The notes: generated by a model not told the origin, from the letters alone. A stretch of DNA of 64,000 nucleotides from a bacterium (GCA_037200965.1 JBBCGK010000001.1:192001-256000); one strand, 5' to 3'; shown: positions 1 to 10,543, counted from the stretch's first letter. A program made the numbers and translations.

Positions 1-189
1 GGACGCCATGAATCCGAAGTCCTGGAACATGTAGTTGTTCGAGACCCCGAGATACACCGTCGTCGAAGACGCTGTGTTGCCAGAAGATTCGAGGACGGTT
101 TGCGGGGCCCCAATGATGATCTGCGCTTGCGCTGACATCGCAAACGTTGAGAACGCGATACTGAAAAGGACTGCAATGAATGAGCGCAT
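1..189 (-). CDS. Secreted hypothetical protein, 5' end only (gene runs off the window start)
   Basis: Reverse strand reads MRSFIAVLFSIAFSTFAMSAQA..., a signal-peptide-like N-terminus. ATG at 187-189 is preceded by GGAGG (complement of ccctcc at 196-203). Not in the ORF track because no stop lies in the window. Confidence 0.4.
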   Translation of the reverse strand, partial: MRSFIAVLFSIAFSTFAMSAQAQIIIGAPQTVLESSGNTASSTTVYLGVSNNYMFQDFGFMAS

Positions 190-545
190 GGGTTTTACCC
201 CTCCTTTCGCGCTTCGGGTGAATCCGGTTACTGCCCCTAATATAGGACGCGCTTAATCACTTGTCAAGGCCCTTGAACTCGGCATGAAAAGCGAAAGGCC
301 CGGCTTTGTGCCGGGCCCTGAGCGCGGCCTTTGCGGCCGTGATGATAAAGGGTTATGCAGCCTTTATCATCGAGACGATCGTAACGAAAACGATACCGCA
401 GACCACCACGCACGAAACGAGCAGGCTCCGAAAACTCGTGTCAATTTCCATTGCCGTTCCCCCTTTACTCACGGACAGCGCGCTTGCCGTCCCCGTTTGA
501 GACATTAGCACCGGGCCCGTAAGTAGCAAGAGCGGCCGGTGCGGT

Positions 546-1247
546 ATGCTGGAGCAGATGGAACATCATGCATATCTTGCCGCGGGACCGGCCGAAGAGG
601 GAAGAGCGGCCGCGATCGCGGCGGCCGCGAAACTCGTCGGGGGAGATTCTCTCCATAATCCCGATATCATCGTACGAGAGTACGGCCTCTTCTCGGTCGA
701 CGACGCCCGCGCCCTCTATCAGCTTGCCTGGCAGGCCCCGCTTAAAGGAGAGAAGAAGGCGATCATCATTTCCGCGACTCGCCTTTATCACGAGGCGCAG
801 AACGCGCTCCTGAAGCTCTTCGAGGAGCCGCCCGCGGACACCGCCCTCTATCTGGTTATCCCTCACGCCGGAAGCCTGATTCCGACGCTTCGTTCGCGGC
901 TCCTGCCTCTTCCGGACTTCGTGATACAGGCAGGACAAGGAACCGGGGACGAGGCAAAACAATTTCTTGGCGCAAGCCCGGAGAAGCGGAGCGACATGAT
1001 AAAAAAGCTCGCGGATGCGAAGGGGGAAGAAAGGAAGCGCGTCGCGCGCGATACGGCGGTATCCATACTCGACGGCGTCGAGCGGGCTGCATATGAGCGA
1101 TGGCAAGCAAAGAAGGAAGACGAGGCGCTTGCCGTGTTCCTTTCTGACATCAGTCTCCTTCGTGGCTATCTCCATGACCGATCCGCCCCGCTTCGCATGA
1201 TTCTCGAGCATGTTTCCCTGACTCTGCCGAAGGGCTTGACTTCATAG
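546..1247 (+). CDS. holB: DNA polymerase III delta-prime (HolB)-like clamp-loader subunit, short form
   Basis: 233-aa ORF with HAYL...G, NALLKLFEEPP and TLRSR motifs typical of delta-prime. No Walker A. Confidence 0.6.
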   Translation: MLEQMEHHAYLAAGPAEEGRAAAIAAAAKLVGGDSLHNPDIIVREYGLFSVDDARALYQLAWQAPLKGEKKAIIISATRLYHEAQNALLKLFEEPPADTALYLVIPHAGSLIPTLRSRLLPLPDFVIQAGQGTGDEAKQFLGASPEKRSDMIKKLADAKGEERKRVARDTAVSILDGVERAAYERWQAKKEDEALAVFLSDISLLRGYLHDRSAPLRMILEHVSLTLPKGLTS

Positions 1248-1357
1248 AAACCGCATGATATAAGCTTAGGTGGGAGGTCTAGGGGCGAAATCCCGAAAAC
1301 CGCAACAGATCCACCAGTCGGGCCGTAAGGCCCTTCATACAGCGAAGGAGAATTCGC

Positions 1358-2191
1358 ATGCGTACGACATCAACCAGAAAACTCGGCGCGCTTCTTTTGA
1401 GCGCGACGGTTCTCGCGGGCTGCGCCAGCACCGGGGTTCCCGCGACATCGACAGCTCCGTCGTCGGAGAATGTCGTTTGCGCCAAGGACCCGCTGGGGCT
1501 CGCGCTTTGCGGCAACAGCCGCGAATGGATCACGATGGACTCCACGAACGAATGCGCGACCTTCGGCGACTGCACGAAGGCCGAAGTCGAGAAGGCCAAG
1601 GCGCACTGCGAAGTCGCGCGCGACGCGTACGGCATCTCGATCTGGGTGCCATCCGTGAGCGGCGGAGTCGGCGGCGGGCTCTCGGTCGCAGCAGGAAGTG
1701 CCGCCGGAAGTCTCGGCGTCGCTTTTCCGCTCAAGGTCATCTCCGACAATACCATCTTCGGCGGTTCTTCCGGCGCCGTCCAGTACGCCTACAACGGCGC
1801 GCAGATGGGCGTGCTCGACAGCCTGCAGTTCGAAGAGAAATGCGCCGGCATCAAGGGCGCGGCGTCGGGCTTCGGCGTGATCGATGTCCGCTTCGCCAAG
1901 CGCAGCGGCGTCACCCACCTCAACTACGACGGTACGGTGAAGTCGCTCACCGCCGCGTCGGCCATCGCAACGCAGGCACCCTTCCTCGATACCTCGGTGC
2001 TGACTCCGGAAGGGAAAGCCATCGTGGAAAGGTGCCGCGGGCAGTGGCGTAACGACGACCCGTATGCGATGAACAAGCTGAGCGCGTGCATCGCCGCTTC
2101 GGGCCTCAAGGTCGTGGGCAACCAGGAGCCCCCGGCTCCGGCACTGCAAAAGCCGCCCCAGACGAGCGGCAAGAAGAACGCCTGGGAATAA
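1358..2191 (+). CDS. Lipoprotein, hypothetical
   Basis: Signal peptide with lipobox LLSATVLAGCAS. RBS gaaggag upstream. The overlapping 1270..2052(+) and 1370..2224(-) ORFs are Arg/Gly-rich shadows. Confidence 0.6.
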   Translation: MRTTSTRKLGALLLSATVLAGCASTGVPATSTAPSSENVVCAKDPLGLALCGNSREWITMDSTNECATFGDCTKAEVEKAKAHCEVARDAYGISIWVPSVSGGVGGGLSVAAGSAAGSLGVAFPLKVISDNTIFGGSSGAVQYAYNGAQMGVLDSLQFEEKCAGIKGAASGFGVIDVRFAKRSGVTHLNYDGTVKSLTAASAIATQAPFLDTSVLTPEGKAIVERCRGQWRNDDPYAMNKLSACIAASGLKVVGNQEPPAPALQKPPQTSGKKNAWE

Positions 2192-2293
2192 AACTGGCGC
2201 CATCAGACGCCACAAAGGCCGCAAGGGAGCGATTCCGAGGTTCGCCTCGGAATCGCCACCCGGCGGCTTTTTTCTTTTGGTATACTGGCTTCC

Positions 2294-2845
2294 ATGGCAT
2301 ACGATTTTTCAAAGCTCGCGAAAGGAATAGAAGAGACCAAGGAATGGCTCTCGCGGGAACTTGCCGGGGTGCGCACCGGGCGCGCCTCTCCCGCGCTCCT
2401 TGATAGCGTACGTCCAGAGGCGTACGGGACGAGGACGCCCATAAGTCAGCTGGGCTCGGTCTCGATAGAAGATGCGCGGACGCTCCGCGTCATCCCGTGG
2501 GACAAGACACTCGTGAAAAACATCGAGAAGGGAATTGCGGAAGCGAATCTCGGCATCTCGACCGCGGTCGATGATATGGGACTCCGCGTTATTTTCCCCG
2601 AACTTACAAGCGAGCGGCGCACCATGCTTACGAAAATCGCCGGAGAAAAGCTCGAAGCGGCGAAGGTGACGCTGCGCAGTCACCGCACCGACGCGCTCCA
2701 CGACCTCGAGGCGAAAGAGAAGGAAGGAGGAATGGGCAAGGACGAGCTCGCGCGCCTCAAGGAAGACGTGCAGAAGCAGATCGACAAGGCGCAGGAGGAT
2801 CTTGCCGCGCTCGCGAAGAAAAAGGAAGAGGAGATTGCTCAATAG
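2294..2845 (+). CDS. frr: Ribosome recycling factor
   Basis: 183 aa with the RTGRASPALLDSV and LRVIFPELTSERR signatures of RRF. Confidence 0.9.
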   Translation: MAYDFSKLAKGIEETKEWLSRELAGVRTGRASPALLDSVRPEAYGTRTPISQLGSVSIEDARTLRVIPWDKTLVKNIEKGIAEANLGISTAVDDMGLRVIFPELTSERRTMLTKIAGEKLEAAKVTLRSHRTDALHDLEAKEKEGGMGKDELARLKEDVQKQIDKAQEDLAALAKKKEEEIAQ

Positions 2846-2899
2846 CATTTCTTGGGAGAGAAAAGCGGTGCCGCCCGCGACGTGCGGGCGGCCAAGGCT

Positions 2900-3253
2900 T
2901 CACGAAGAACTGCGTGTCTCTGCGGTAACCGTCTTGTATATTTTCCTCGCCCCGGGAAGCGGACTCTCTTTCGTCCGTCTCCCTATGTGCTCGCCTCCGC
3001 ATATCTCGACTACCCTCCAGTTGTGAGCCCATATCTCGATTCGTATGAGACCCCGCTCGGCGAGTGCGTTCAGAGCGTTAGCATAGAAGGCCGCACCGGG
3101 CGGCGCACGCTTTTCGAACGCTTCCCGCAGCGTCGGCGTCCCGTCCCGGGCTTTCCCGGAAGTCGTAGGGCAACGGGCGCCGTCAAGCGCGGCGTCGACC
3201 AGAATCTCGAAAATGACCTTCAGACCCTTTCCATAGGGAGAATTGTCGTCCAT
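2900..3253 (-). CDS. Small hypothetical protein (internal start of ORF 2900..3718)
   Basis: MDDNSPYGKGLKVIFEIL... with GGAG 9 nt upstream of the ATG. Divergent from rseP. Weak call. Confidence 0.3.
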   Translation of the reverse strand: MDDNSPYGKGLKVIFEILVDAALDGARCPTTSGKARDGTPTLREAFEKRAPPGAAFYANALNALAERGLIRIEIWAHNWRVVEICGGEHIGRRTKESPLPGARKIYKTVTAETRSSS

Positions 3254-3323
3254 GACGGTGCTCCACTCATCTACCCGACCCCACCATACCACGCTGGCGG
3301 CGGCTGTGTAGTACACTGCGGAG

Positions 3324-4427
3324 ATGGAAGTTATCCTGCTCATCGCCGTCCTGGTCGTGCTCGTCGTCGTGCACGAATTCGGGCATTTCGTCGTCGCGAA
3401 ACTCTCGGGCATGCGCGTCGACGAGTTCGGCATCGGATATCCGCCGCGCGTTGCGGGATTCAAATATAAAGAAACGGAATATACCCTGAACGCGGTGCCG
3501 TTCGGGGGATTCGTGAAGATATACGGGGAGGACCTCGAAACGCCGCGAAGCGGCGCAGATTCTTCCGGAAGTTTCGCATCGAAGCCACGTCCGACGCAGG
3601 CCGCGGTCCTCATCGCGGGAATCGCGATGAATCTTCTTTTGGCGTTCGTTCTTCTCACGCTCGTGCTCTTCGTCGGAACTCCCCGCGCGCTCGCGCCGGA
3701 AGAGATCGCAGGAGCCAAGGACGCGCGGCTTGCCGTCGCGCAAGCGCTTCCTGGCTCTCCGGCAAGCCTCGCGGGCCTTCGGGCAGGCGACTATATACTC
3801 TCCGCAACCTACGGACCGAACGTGTTTACGGGCGCATCGCCCGAAGAATTCACGGCATTCATGTCAAAGGACGGTGAAGCGATTCCGGTATCCATAGCGA
3901 TAGAGCGCGCAGGGAAGCCGCTTACCCTCACCGCAACGCCGGCCAAAGGCATCGTCGCGGCAGACCCCGAACGCGTAGCGCTCGGGGTCGCGGTCGCGAC
4001 CGTCGGTACCGTTCCGCTCTCTCCCTGGCGCGCGGTCCTCGAAGGCGCGCACATGACCTGGGAAATCACCAGGGAAACCGCCGCCGGGCTCACGCACCTC
4101 TTCGCCGGGCTCTTTACCCTCTCGGCCGACCTCTCGCAGGTTTCGGGGCCCGTAGGGATTGCGGGCGCGGTCGGCACGGCCTCGGCCCAGGGCTTCGGGA
4201 ACCTCGTCACGCTCGCGGCCATCATTTCCATAAACCTCGCCCTTATAAACCTCCTGCCCGTTCCCGCGCTTGACGGCGGGCGACTCCTGTTCGTCATCAT
4301 CGAGTCGGTGATCAGAAGGCCTATCAAAAAAGAAGTGGCGACCGCGGTGAATACGGTCGGCTTCGCGCTCCTGGTGCTTCTCATGCTCGTCGTCACGGCG
4401 CACGACGTGTATAAGCTGGTCGTATAA
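3324..4427 (+). CDS. rseP: RIP zinc metalloprotease (site-2 protease) RseP
   Basis: HEFGHF HExxH motif in the first TM segment and PDZ-like middle region. 367 aa. Confidence 0.85.
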   Translation: MEVILLIAVLVVLVVVHEFGHFVVAKLSGMRVDEFGIGYPPRVAGFKYKETEYTLNAVPFGGFVKIYGEDLETPRSGADSSGSFASKPRPTQAAVLIAGIAMNLLLAFVLLTLVLFVGTPRALAPEEIAGAKDARLAVAQALPGSPASLAGLRAGDYILSATYGPNVFTGASPEEFTAFMSKDGEAIPVSIAIERAGKPLTLTATPAKGIVAADPERVALGVAVATVGTVPLSPWRAVLEGAHMTWEITRETAAGLTHLFAGLFTLSADLSQVSGPVGIAGAVGTASAQGFGNLVTLAAIISINLALINLLPVPALDGGRLLFVIIESVIRRPIKKEVATAVNTVGFALLVLLMLVVTAHDVYKLVV

Positions 4428-4433
4428 ACATTC

Positions 4434-4463
4434 CGGCCGCCCTCTTTCGAAGGCGGCCGTGTT
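4434..4463. terminator. Hairpin GGCCGCC-n10-GGCGGCC between convergent rseP and a secreted-protein gene
   Basis: Inverted repeat seen directly in the sequence. Weak T-tract. Confidence 0.4.
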
Positions 4464-4471
4464 CCTGACCT

Positions 4472-4867
4472 TTAACTGTTGTTCGGCGACATCGGTACGA
4501 TGACGAATGCAGCGCCGTCCGAGACATAGACTCCCGCGATGATGGACGTGCCGTTCGGGCCCGACACCGTCGCGCCAAGACCCGTGAACACGAGCGGCAG
4601 ATGCCCGTCGAACGTGCTGCACATCCCGCTTTTCACGCGTTCATGTCCCGCTCGTTTGGGATCCGCTGCAACGTCGACCGCCGCATTGAACGCCTCGGTA
4701 CCGTCTTCGCTCGCATTTCCGCACACCATCCGGCCGTGGATATCCAGGCCTTTCTGGTGCAGCAGGGGATAGTCGACGAGCTTCGCCCCGACCATCTGCC
4801 CCTGTGCGGACGGCGCCAACAGAAAGAACAACCCCGCCACCACGCCTGCTTGTGCAAGTCTCTTCAT
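4472..4867 (-). CDS. Secreted hypothetical protein
   Basis: Internal start MKRLAQAGVVAGLFFLLAPSAQG (signal peptide). GGGGAG RBS 9 nt upstream. Upstream part of the track ORF (to 4966) judged non-coding. Confidence 0.5.
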   Translation of the reverse strand: MKRLAQAGVVAGLFFLLAPSAQGQMVGAKLVDYPLLHQKGLDIHGRMVCGNASEDGTEAFNAAVDVAADPKRAGHERVKSGMCSTFDGHLPLVFTGLGATVSGPNGTSIIAGVYVSDGAAFVIVPMSPNNS

Positions 4868-4983
4868 GGCACTAACTCCCCTAGGTGGACCCACTCGGTA
4901 TAGCGCGTCCCGGCCCGCTTGCAAGCAGGGCGGGTGCATAACCGCTTTTTTGCAGGAATCACGCAAAGGCCTATACTGTATCG

Positions 4984-6216
4984 ATGCGGCAATCGAAGCT
5001 TTTCACCAAAACCCGGCGCGAGGCGCCGTCTGACGAGCAGGCGAAGAATGCGCAGCTTCTCATTCGTGCCGGATACGTGCACAAGGAAATGGCTGGCTCC
5101 TACTCATACCTGCCGCTCGGCCTTCGCGTATTGCGCAATATCGAGTCGATCGTGCGCGAGGAAATGGACGCCATCGGCGGCCAGGAAACCCGCCTGGCGA
5201 CGCTGCATCCTTCGGAGCCCTGGAAAAAGACCGGCGGCTGGGACAAGGTGGACGTGCTTTTCAAAATCCTGAGCCGGACCGAAAAGGAATACACCATCGG
5301 GCAAAGCGAGGAAGAAATCGTGACGCCGATCGCGGGCGAATACGCGCCTTCGTACAAGGACCTGCCGAAGGCCGTCTACCAGATCGGACAAAAATACCGC
5401 GATGAGCTGCGCGCGAAATCCGGCATCATGCGCGGAAGGGAATTCGGCATGAAGGACATGTACAGCTTCCATACGAGCCAGGAGGACTTCGAGCGATTTT
5501 ATGAGATCGTGAAAGCGGCATACCTCCGTATCTACAAGCGCTGCGGACTCGTCGCGAAAGTGACCGAGGCCTCGGGCGGCAGCTTCAGCGAGAAGATTTC
5601 GTACGAATTCATGGTGCTCACCGACGCGGGCGAGGATACCATTTTCTACTGCGAAGCATGCGATTATTGCGTGAATCTCGAAGTGGCAAAAGCGGCCGAA
5701 GGCGATACGTGCCCGAACTGCGGCAAGGGAACGCTCAGGAAAGGGGTCGCGTCGGAAGTCGGAAACGTGTTCGACCTTGGCGACCGCTATCCGAAAGCGC
5801 TCGGCTTCACCTATAAGGCGGAAGACGGCAGCGACCGCTATCCGGTCATGGGCTGCTACGGCCTTGGCACGACGCGCCTCATGGGCGTTATCGTCGAGGC
5901 GCTCGCGGACGGGAAGGGAATCGTATGGCCCGAGAGCGTCGCTCCGTTCAGGTTCCATATAGCCCTGCTGATACCGGATAACGCGGAATCCGTGCGTGCC
6001 GCCGAAGACTTGTATGAGCATCTCGGAACGCGGGCGCCGGTACTGTATGACGACCGTGATCTGCGCGCGGGAGAGAAATTCGCGGACAGCGATCTCATCG
6101 GGATTCCGTGGCGGATCAATGCCGGCAGGGACGCGGCAAGCGGTATCTTCGAACTCGTGAATCGCGGGACGGGCGAGGTAACGAAAAAAACGAAGGAGGA
6201 ACTCCTCGCGATTTAA
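4984..6216 (+). CDS. proS: Prolyl-tRNA synthetase (short bacterial form without editing domain)
   Basis: Class II aaRS motifs; N-terminus KLFTKTRREAPSDEQAKNAQLLIRAGY typical of ProRS. 410 aa. Confidence 0.85.
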   Translation: MRQSKLFTKTRREAPSDEQAKNAQLLIRAGYVHKEMAGSYSYLPLGLRVLRNIESIVREEMDAIGGQETRLATLHPSEPWKKTGGWDKVDVLFKILSRTEKEYTIGQSEEEIVTPIAGEYAPSYKDLPKAVYQIGQKYRDELRAKSGIMRGREFGMKDMYSFHTSQEDFERFYEIVKAAYLRIYKRCGLVAKVTEASGGSFSEKISYEFMVLTDAGEDTIFYCEACDYCVNLEVAKAAEGDTCPNCGKGTLRKGVASEVGNVFDLGDRYPKALGFTYKAEDGSDRYPVMGCYGLGTTRLMGVIVEALADGKGIVWPESVAPFRFHIALLIPDNAESVRAAEDLYEHLGTRAPVLYDDRDLRAGEKFADSDLIGIPWRINAGRDAASGIFELVNRGTGEVTKKTKEELLAI

Positions 6217-6218
6217 CC

Positions 6219-7271
6219 ATGTCCCGCTTCTCCCGAAACTCCCTGTTCTCAAGCGACATCGGCATCGATCTCGGCACCGCCAATACGCTCGTGTACGTGC
6301 GCGGAAAAGGCGTGGTGCTCAACGAGCCGTCGGTGGTCGCAGTAAACGACAAGACCGGACAGGTGGTCGCGGTCGGGCGCGAAGCGAAAGTGATGCTCGG
6401 CAAGACGCCGCCGCATATCCGCGCCGTGCGGCCGCTTTCGCACGGGGTTATATCGGACTTCGAAGTGACGGAGGAACTTCTCGCGTACCTCATCGCCAAG
6501 GCACAGAAAGACCGCACGCGCCTCTTCGGGCCGCGCGTCGTGATCGGCGTCCCGACCGGCGTCACGAACGTCGAATCAAGGGCGGTGCGCGATGCCGCAC
6601 TCACCTCGGGTGCTCGCGAAGTCTATATCCTTGAGGAGCCAGTCGCGGGGGCGATCGGCGCGAAACTTCCCATACACGAGGCGGTCGGCACGATGGTGCT
6701 CGACATCGGCGGCGGCACGACCGATATCGCCGTGCTTTCTTTGGGCGGCACGGTCGCCTCAAAGAGCTCGCACGTCGCGGGCGACCGCTTCAACGACAAC
6801 ATCATCGACTTCCTCCGGAGCGAATTTCATACCGCGATCGGCGAACGCACCGCCGAAGACACGAAGATCGCAATCGGCGCGGTGACGCCGCTTAAGGAGC
6901 CGCTGACAAAAGCGGTCCGCGGGAGGGATCTTGCGACCGGACTTCCGCGGGAGGTCGAACTTAACGATACCCATATCCGCGAGGCGCTTGCGCCGTCTTT
7001 GGATGCCCTTATGGAAGCCATGAAGGAAGTGATCGAGAAGACACCGCCGGAACTTCTCTCGGACGTTCTTGAACGCGGCGTAACGGTTTTCGGGGGCGGG
7101 GCGCTGCTTCGCGGGCTTCCCGAGCTCCTTGAGAAGATGCTCGGCGTGCCGGTGCACGTGGCTCCCGATCCTCTGACCGCCGTCGTGCGGGGCACCGGCA
7201 TCGTGACGGAGGACCCGGAACCGTGGAAAGACGTATTTCTCAATGAAGACGCGATTCTTAAGGAGGCGTAA
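6219..7271 (+). CDS. mreB: Rod shape-determining protein MreB
   Basis: Internal ATG at 6219 gives MSRFSRNSLFSSDIGIDLGTANTLVYV..., the actin-like MreB N-terminus. proS stop is at 6214-6216. Confidence 0.9.
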   Translation: MSRFSRNSLFSSDIGIDLGTANTLVYVRGKGVVLNEPSVVAVNDKTGQVVAVGREAKVMLGKTPPHIRAVRPLSHGVISDFEVTEELLAYLIAKAQKDRTRLFGPRVVIGVPTGVTNVESRAVRDAALTSGAREVYILEEPVAGAIGAKLPIHEAVGTMVLDIGGGTTDIAVLSLGGTVASKSSHVAGDRFNDNIIDFLRSEFHTAIGERTAEDTKIAIGAVTPLKEPLTKAVRGRDLATGLPREVELNDTHIREALAPSLDALMEAMKEVIEKTPPELLSDVLERGVTVFGGGALLRGLPELLEKMLGVPVHVAPDPLTAVVRGTGIVTEDPEPWKDVFLNEDAILKEA

Positions 7272-8037
7272 CGCGCTGTTGGCGCCGGGGGCTCTCTCGA
7301 TAGGGGCGGGCATCCTGGCCGTGGCGCTGCTGTTCGTACTGGTGCGCCTTGTGGCGCCGGGGCTTTCGATCGCGATCGCGACGCCCTTTTGGAACGCCGG
7401 CAGTTCCTTAAGCGCGGGAACGTATACGGCGATGACCAGCTTCGGGAACGCCGCGAATCTTGCCAAGGAACGCGACGCGCTTAAGGCGGAGAACGTGCAG
7501 TTGCTCGCAGAACGAGGAAAGCTTTCCGCGCAGGTAGCGGACCTTACCAAACTTCTCGGCGCGCGGCCTGCCGCGAAATCCGGCATACCCGCTTCCGTGC
7601 TCGCGCGGCCGCCGTTCTCCTCCTATGACATCCTCGTCGTCGACGAGGGAAGCGAGGCGGGCGTCGTCGCAGGAGATCCGGTCACCGCCCTCGCAGGGGT
7701 GCCGATAGGCACGGTCGCAAGCGCCGCCGGAAGCTCCGCGCGCATCGTGCTGTATAGCGCGCCGGGAACGGAGACGCCGGGCTGGGCCGGGAATGCGCGG
7801 ATTCCGGTGACGCTCTTCGGAGAGGGCGGGGGAGCCTTTTCGCTTTCGATACCCAAGGACGCGAAGCTTAGCGTCGGCGACACGATATATCTTCCCGGCG
7901 AAGGCGCGATACCGGTCGCGACCATCCTGCGGCTTGACGCAGACCCGTCCTCGGCGTTCATGACCGCGCGCCTGAAGCCGGTCCTCAACCTTTTCTCGCT
8001 TACGTGGGTGGAGATTTCGAAAGGAGGCGCGCCATGA
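7243..8037 (+). CDS. mreC: Rod shape-determining protein MreC
   Basis: N-terminal TM, coiled-coil region ERDALKAENVQLLAERGKL, C-terminal beta domain. Overlaps the mreB stop. Confidence 0.8.
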   Translation: MKTRFLRRRNALLAPGALSIGAGILAVALLFVLVRLVAPGLSIAIATPFWNAGSSLSAGTYTAMTSFGNAANLAKERDALKAENVQLLAERGKLSAQVADLTKLLGARPAAKSGIPASVLARPPFSSYDILVVDEGSEAGVVAGDPVTALAGVPIGTVASAAGSSARIVLYSAPGTETPGWAGNARIPVTLFGEGGGAFSLSIPKDAKLSVGDTIYLPGEGAIPVATILRLDADPSSAFMTARLKPVLNLFSLTWVEISKGGAP

Positions 8038-8288
8038 TGCGCGCCGCAAGCATCGCGTTCGCCTTCATCGCCGCGCTCTGGTTCCCGTGGCCTCTTGCCA
8101 TTCTTGGGATGTGCCTTGCGGCCGCGTATGAGCCGCTCGCGGCGCTTGCCGTGGGGCTCTTTGCCGACGCGCTCTATTTCACGCACGGCGCGTATCCGTT
8201 CCCCCTCATGACGCTTGTCGGGGCAGGAGCGGCGCTCGGAGCCGTACTCGTGCGCAAATTCTTCGAGACGCGTATCATAGCGGGATGA
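8034..8288 (+). CDS. mreD: MreD-like small membrane protein
   Basis: Hydrophobic 85-aa protein in the mreB-mreC-mreD-mrdA position. Confidence 0.5.
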   Translation: MMRAASIAFAFIAALWFPWPLAILGMCLAAAYEPLAALAVGLFADALYFTHGAYPFPLMTLVGAGAALGAVLVRKFFETRIIAG

Positions 8289-9943
8289 GGCGCCGCACGA
8301 TACGCGACCACGAACTCGCTCCCGACGAGATATTCCTCGATTCTTCGAACCTGCCCGACTTCGACCGCTCACGGCTCGAAGGCCGTTTGGAAAAGCCCGT
8401 ATCGGAGCGCTCGTATACCGCCCTTCTCGGGGCGCTCGGCGTCCTCCTCATCGTGCTCCTGGGCCAGGCGTGGAAGCTTCAGGTGTGGCAGGGAGAAGCG
8501 TTCGCCGCCCAAAGCGAACGCAACAGCCTGCGGCAGACGGTGCTTTTCGCCGACCGCGGTGCCATCACCGACCGGAACGGCGTGGTGCTTGCGGAAAATG
8601 TGCCGAGCGCGAGTTCCACGGAGCGCATTTATAAGACGCCGGGATTCGCGAACGTGCTGGGCTATGTCTCGTACCCGAAGAAGGATTCAAGCGGCAAGTA
8701 TTACGATACCGAGACCACGGGCCTTGCGGGCGTCGAGGCTGCCTTTAATGCGGAGCTTGCGGGTGAGAACGGCTCGCACCTTATAGAAGAGGACGCGCTC
8801 GGAAAGCAGCTTTCCGAAGGAAGCGTTATCCCGCCAAAAAACGGCGCGACGCTCAAGCTTTCGATCGACGCGGGCGCGCAGACCGCGTTGTATGACGCCA
8901 TACAGGGGCTTGCCGACCGCATCCCGTTTCAGGGAGGCTCCGGGATACTCATGGATGTCGAGACGGGCGAACTCCTGGCGCTCGTTTCGTATCCGCAATA
9001 CGACCCGAACGTGCTTTCCTCCGGCGGCCCCGGAAGCGTCATCGCCGGATATTCGAGCGACTCAAGACAGGTGTACCTCAACCGTCCGGTACAAGGGCTC
9101 TATACGCCGGGCTCGGTCGTGAAGCCGGTCGAGGCGGCCGGAGCGCTCACCGACAAGGTAATCACGCCGGGATACACCATAAACGCGCAAGGGTCGATCT
9201 CGGTGCCAAATCCCTATGACCCCGCGCACCCGACGATCTTCAAGGACTGGAAGGTGATCGGGATAGAAGACCTGCGCAGGGCGATCGCCTGGTCTTCCGA
9301 CGTGTATTTCTATATGGTCGGCGGGGGGTACGGCGATATCAAAGGGCTCGGGATCGAGCGCCTCAAGCACTGGTATTCCGCCTTCGGCCTCACGAGCCCG
9401 ACGGGGATCGAGCTGCCGGGCGAGAAGGGCGGCTTCGTGCCCGACCCGGCATGGAAACTTAAAACATACGATGATCCGTGGCGCATCGGCGATACCTATC
9501 ACACCGCCATCGGCCAGTATGCGATGCAGGTGACGCCGCTTGAAATGGCACGGGCGATCGCGGCGATCGCAAACGGCGGGAAGCTCGTGCGCCCGACGAT
9601 ACTCGCGGGCCAGGCACCGTCGGGGGAATCGCTTGCGGTCAATCCCGCGGACCTGCAGGTGGTGCGGGAGGGAATGCGGCAGGGGGTGACCGAAGGAACG
9701 TCGGTGGGACTTAACGATCTCGGGTTCGTAAAGCCTGCCGGGAAAACGGGAACCGCGCAGCTTGGCGTCCATAACGAGTGGTACAACTCGTGGGCTGTCG
9801 GGTTCTTCCCGTACGACCGCCCCAAATACGTGTACGTCGTCATCATGGAGCGGGGGCCTTCGACCAACGCGATCGGCGGCGTGTATGCCATGCACCAGTT
9901 CCTCACGGCGCTCCACCGGGCCGCGCCGGAGTATTTCGAGTAG
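8285..9943 (+). CDS. mrdA: Penicillin-binding protein 2 (elongasome transpeptidase)
   Basis: 552 aa; SxxK (GSVVKP), SxN and KTGTAQ motifs. Sits after mreBCD. Confidence 0.85.
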   Translation: MRRRTIRDHELAPDEIFLDSSNLPDFDRSRLEGRLEKPVSERSYTALLGALGVLLIVLLGQAWKLQVWQGEAFAAQSERNSLRQTVLFADRGAITDRNGVVLAENVPSASSTERIYKTPGFANVLGYVSYPKKDSSGKYYDTETTGLAGVEAAFNAELAGENGSHLIEEDALGKQLSEGSVIPPKNGATLKLSIDAGAQTALYDAIQGLADRIPFQGGSGILMDVETGELLALVSYPQYDPNVLSSGGPGSVIAGYSSDSRQVYLNRPVQGLYTPGSVVKPVEAAGALTDKVITPGYTINAQGSISVPNPYDPAHPTIFKDWKVIGIEDLRRAIAWSSDVYFYMVGGGYGDIKGLGIERLKHWYSAFGLTSPTGIELPGEKGGFVPDPAWKLKTYDDPWRIGDTYHTAIGQYAMQVTPLEMARAIAAIANGGKLVRPTILAGQAPSGESLAVNPADLQVVREGMRQGVTEGTSVGLNDLGFVKPAGKTGTAQLGVHNEWYNSWAVGFFPYDRPKYVYVVIMERGPSTNAIGGVYAMHQFLTALHRAAPEYFE

Positions 9944-10001
9944 CTTGCGCCTTCACCCGCCTCGCGTACAATGACTCCGACCTTTAAATAACCGACTATT
10001 C

Positions 10002-10472
10002 ATGCCGCAAACAGAAACGCTCGTGAGCCAGGAGAAGTTTGACGAGATGGTAAAGGAGCTCGACGAGCTCAAGACCGTCCGCCGCACCGAGATCGCGAAG
10101 AACCTCGAGTTCGCGCGCTCGCTTGGCGACCTTTCGGAAAATGCCGAATACCAGGAGGCGCGGGAGCTTCAGGCCGCGACCGAGGAGCGCATCCGGAAGC
10201 TCGACGAGCTCGTGAAAAACGCGAAAATCGTCACCGACGGCAAGAAGAAGGACGTCGTCGGCTTCGGCTCGAAAGTCTCGATCAAGAAGGACGGCGCGAG
10301 TGACGTGCACGAATACACCATCGTCGGAAGCGAAGAAGCGGACATGCGGGAACGAAAGCTCTCCCACCTTTCTCCGCTCGGAGCGGCGCTCATGGGAAAG
10401 AAAAAGGGCGACACCTTTACGTTCGAAACCCCGGGAGGCAAACAGACGTACGCGGTGGAGAAAGTGGCATAG
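10002..10472 (+). CDS. greA: Transcription elongation factor GreA
   Basis: 156 aa; LGDLSENAEYQEARE signature. Confidence 0.9.
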   Translation: MPQTETLVSQEKFDEMVKELDELKTVRRTEIAKNLEFARSLGDLSENAEYQEARELQAATEERIRKLDELVKNAKIVTDGKKKDVVGFGSKVSIKKDGASDVHEYTIVGSEEADMRERKLSHLSPLGAALMGKKKGDTFTFETPGGKQTYAVEKVA

Positions 10473-10489
10473 GCCTCAGGATACAAAAG

Positions 10490-10521
10490 CGAAAGCGCCC
10501 CGGGTACGCAGGGGCGCTTCA
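10490..10521. terminator. Hairpin GCGCCCC-n9-GGGGCGC between greA and a convergent small gene
   Basis: Inverted repeat seen directly. T-tract weak. Confidence 0.45.
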
Positions 10522-10543
10522 CGTTGGTCCTGCCTGCCAACGC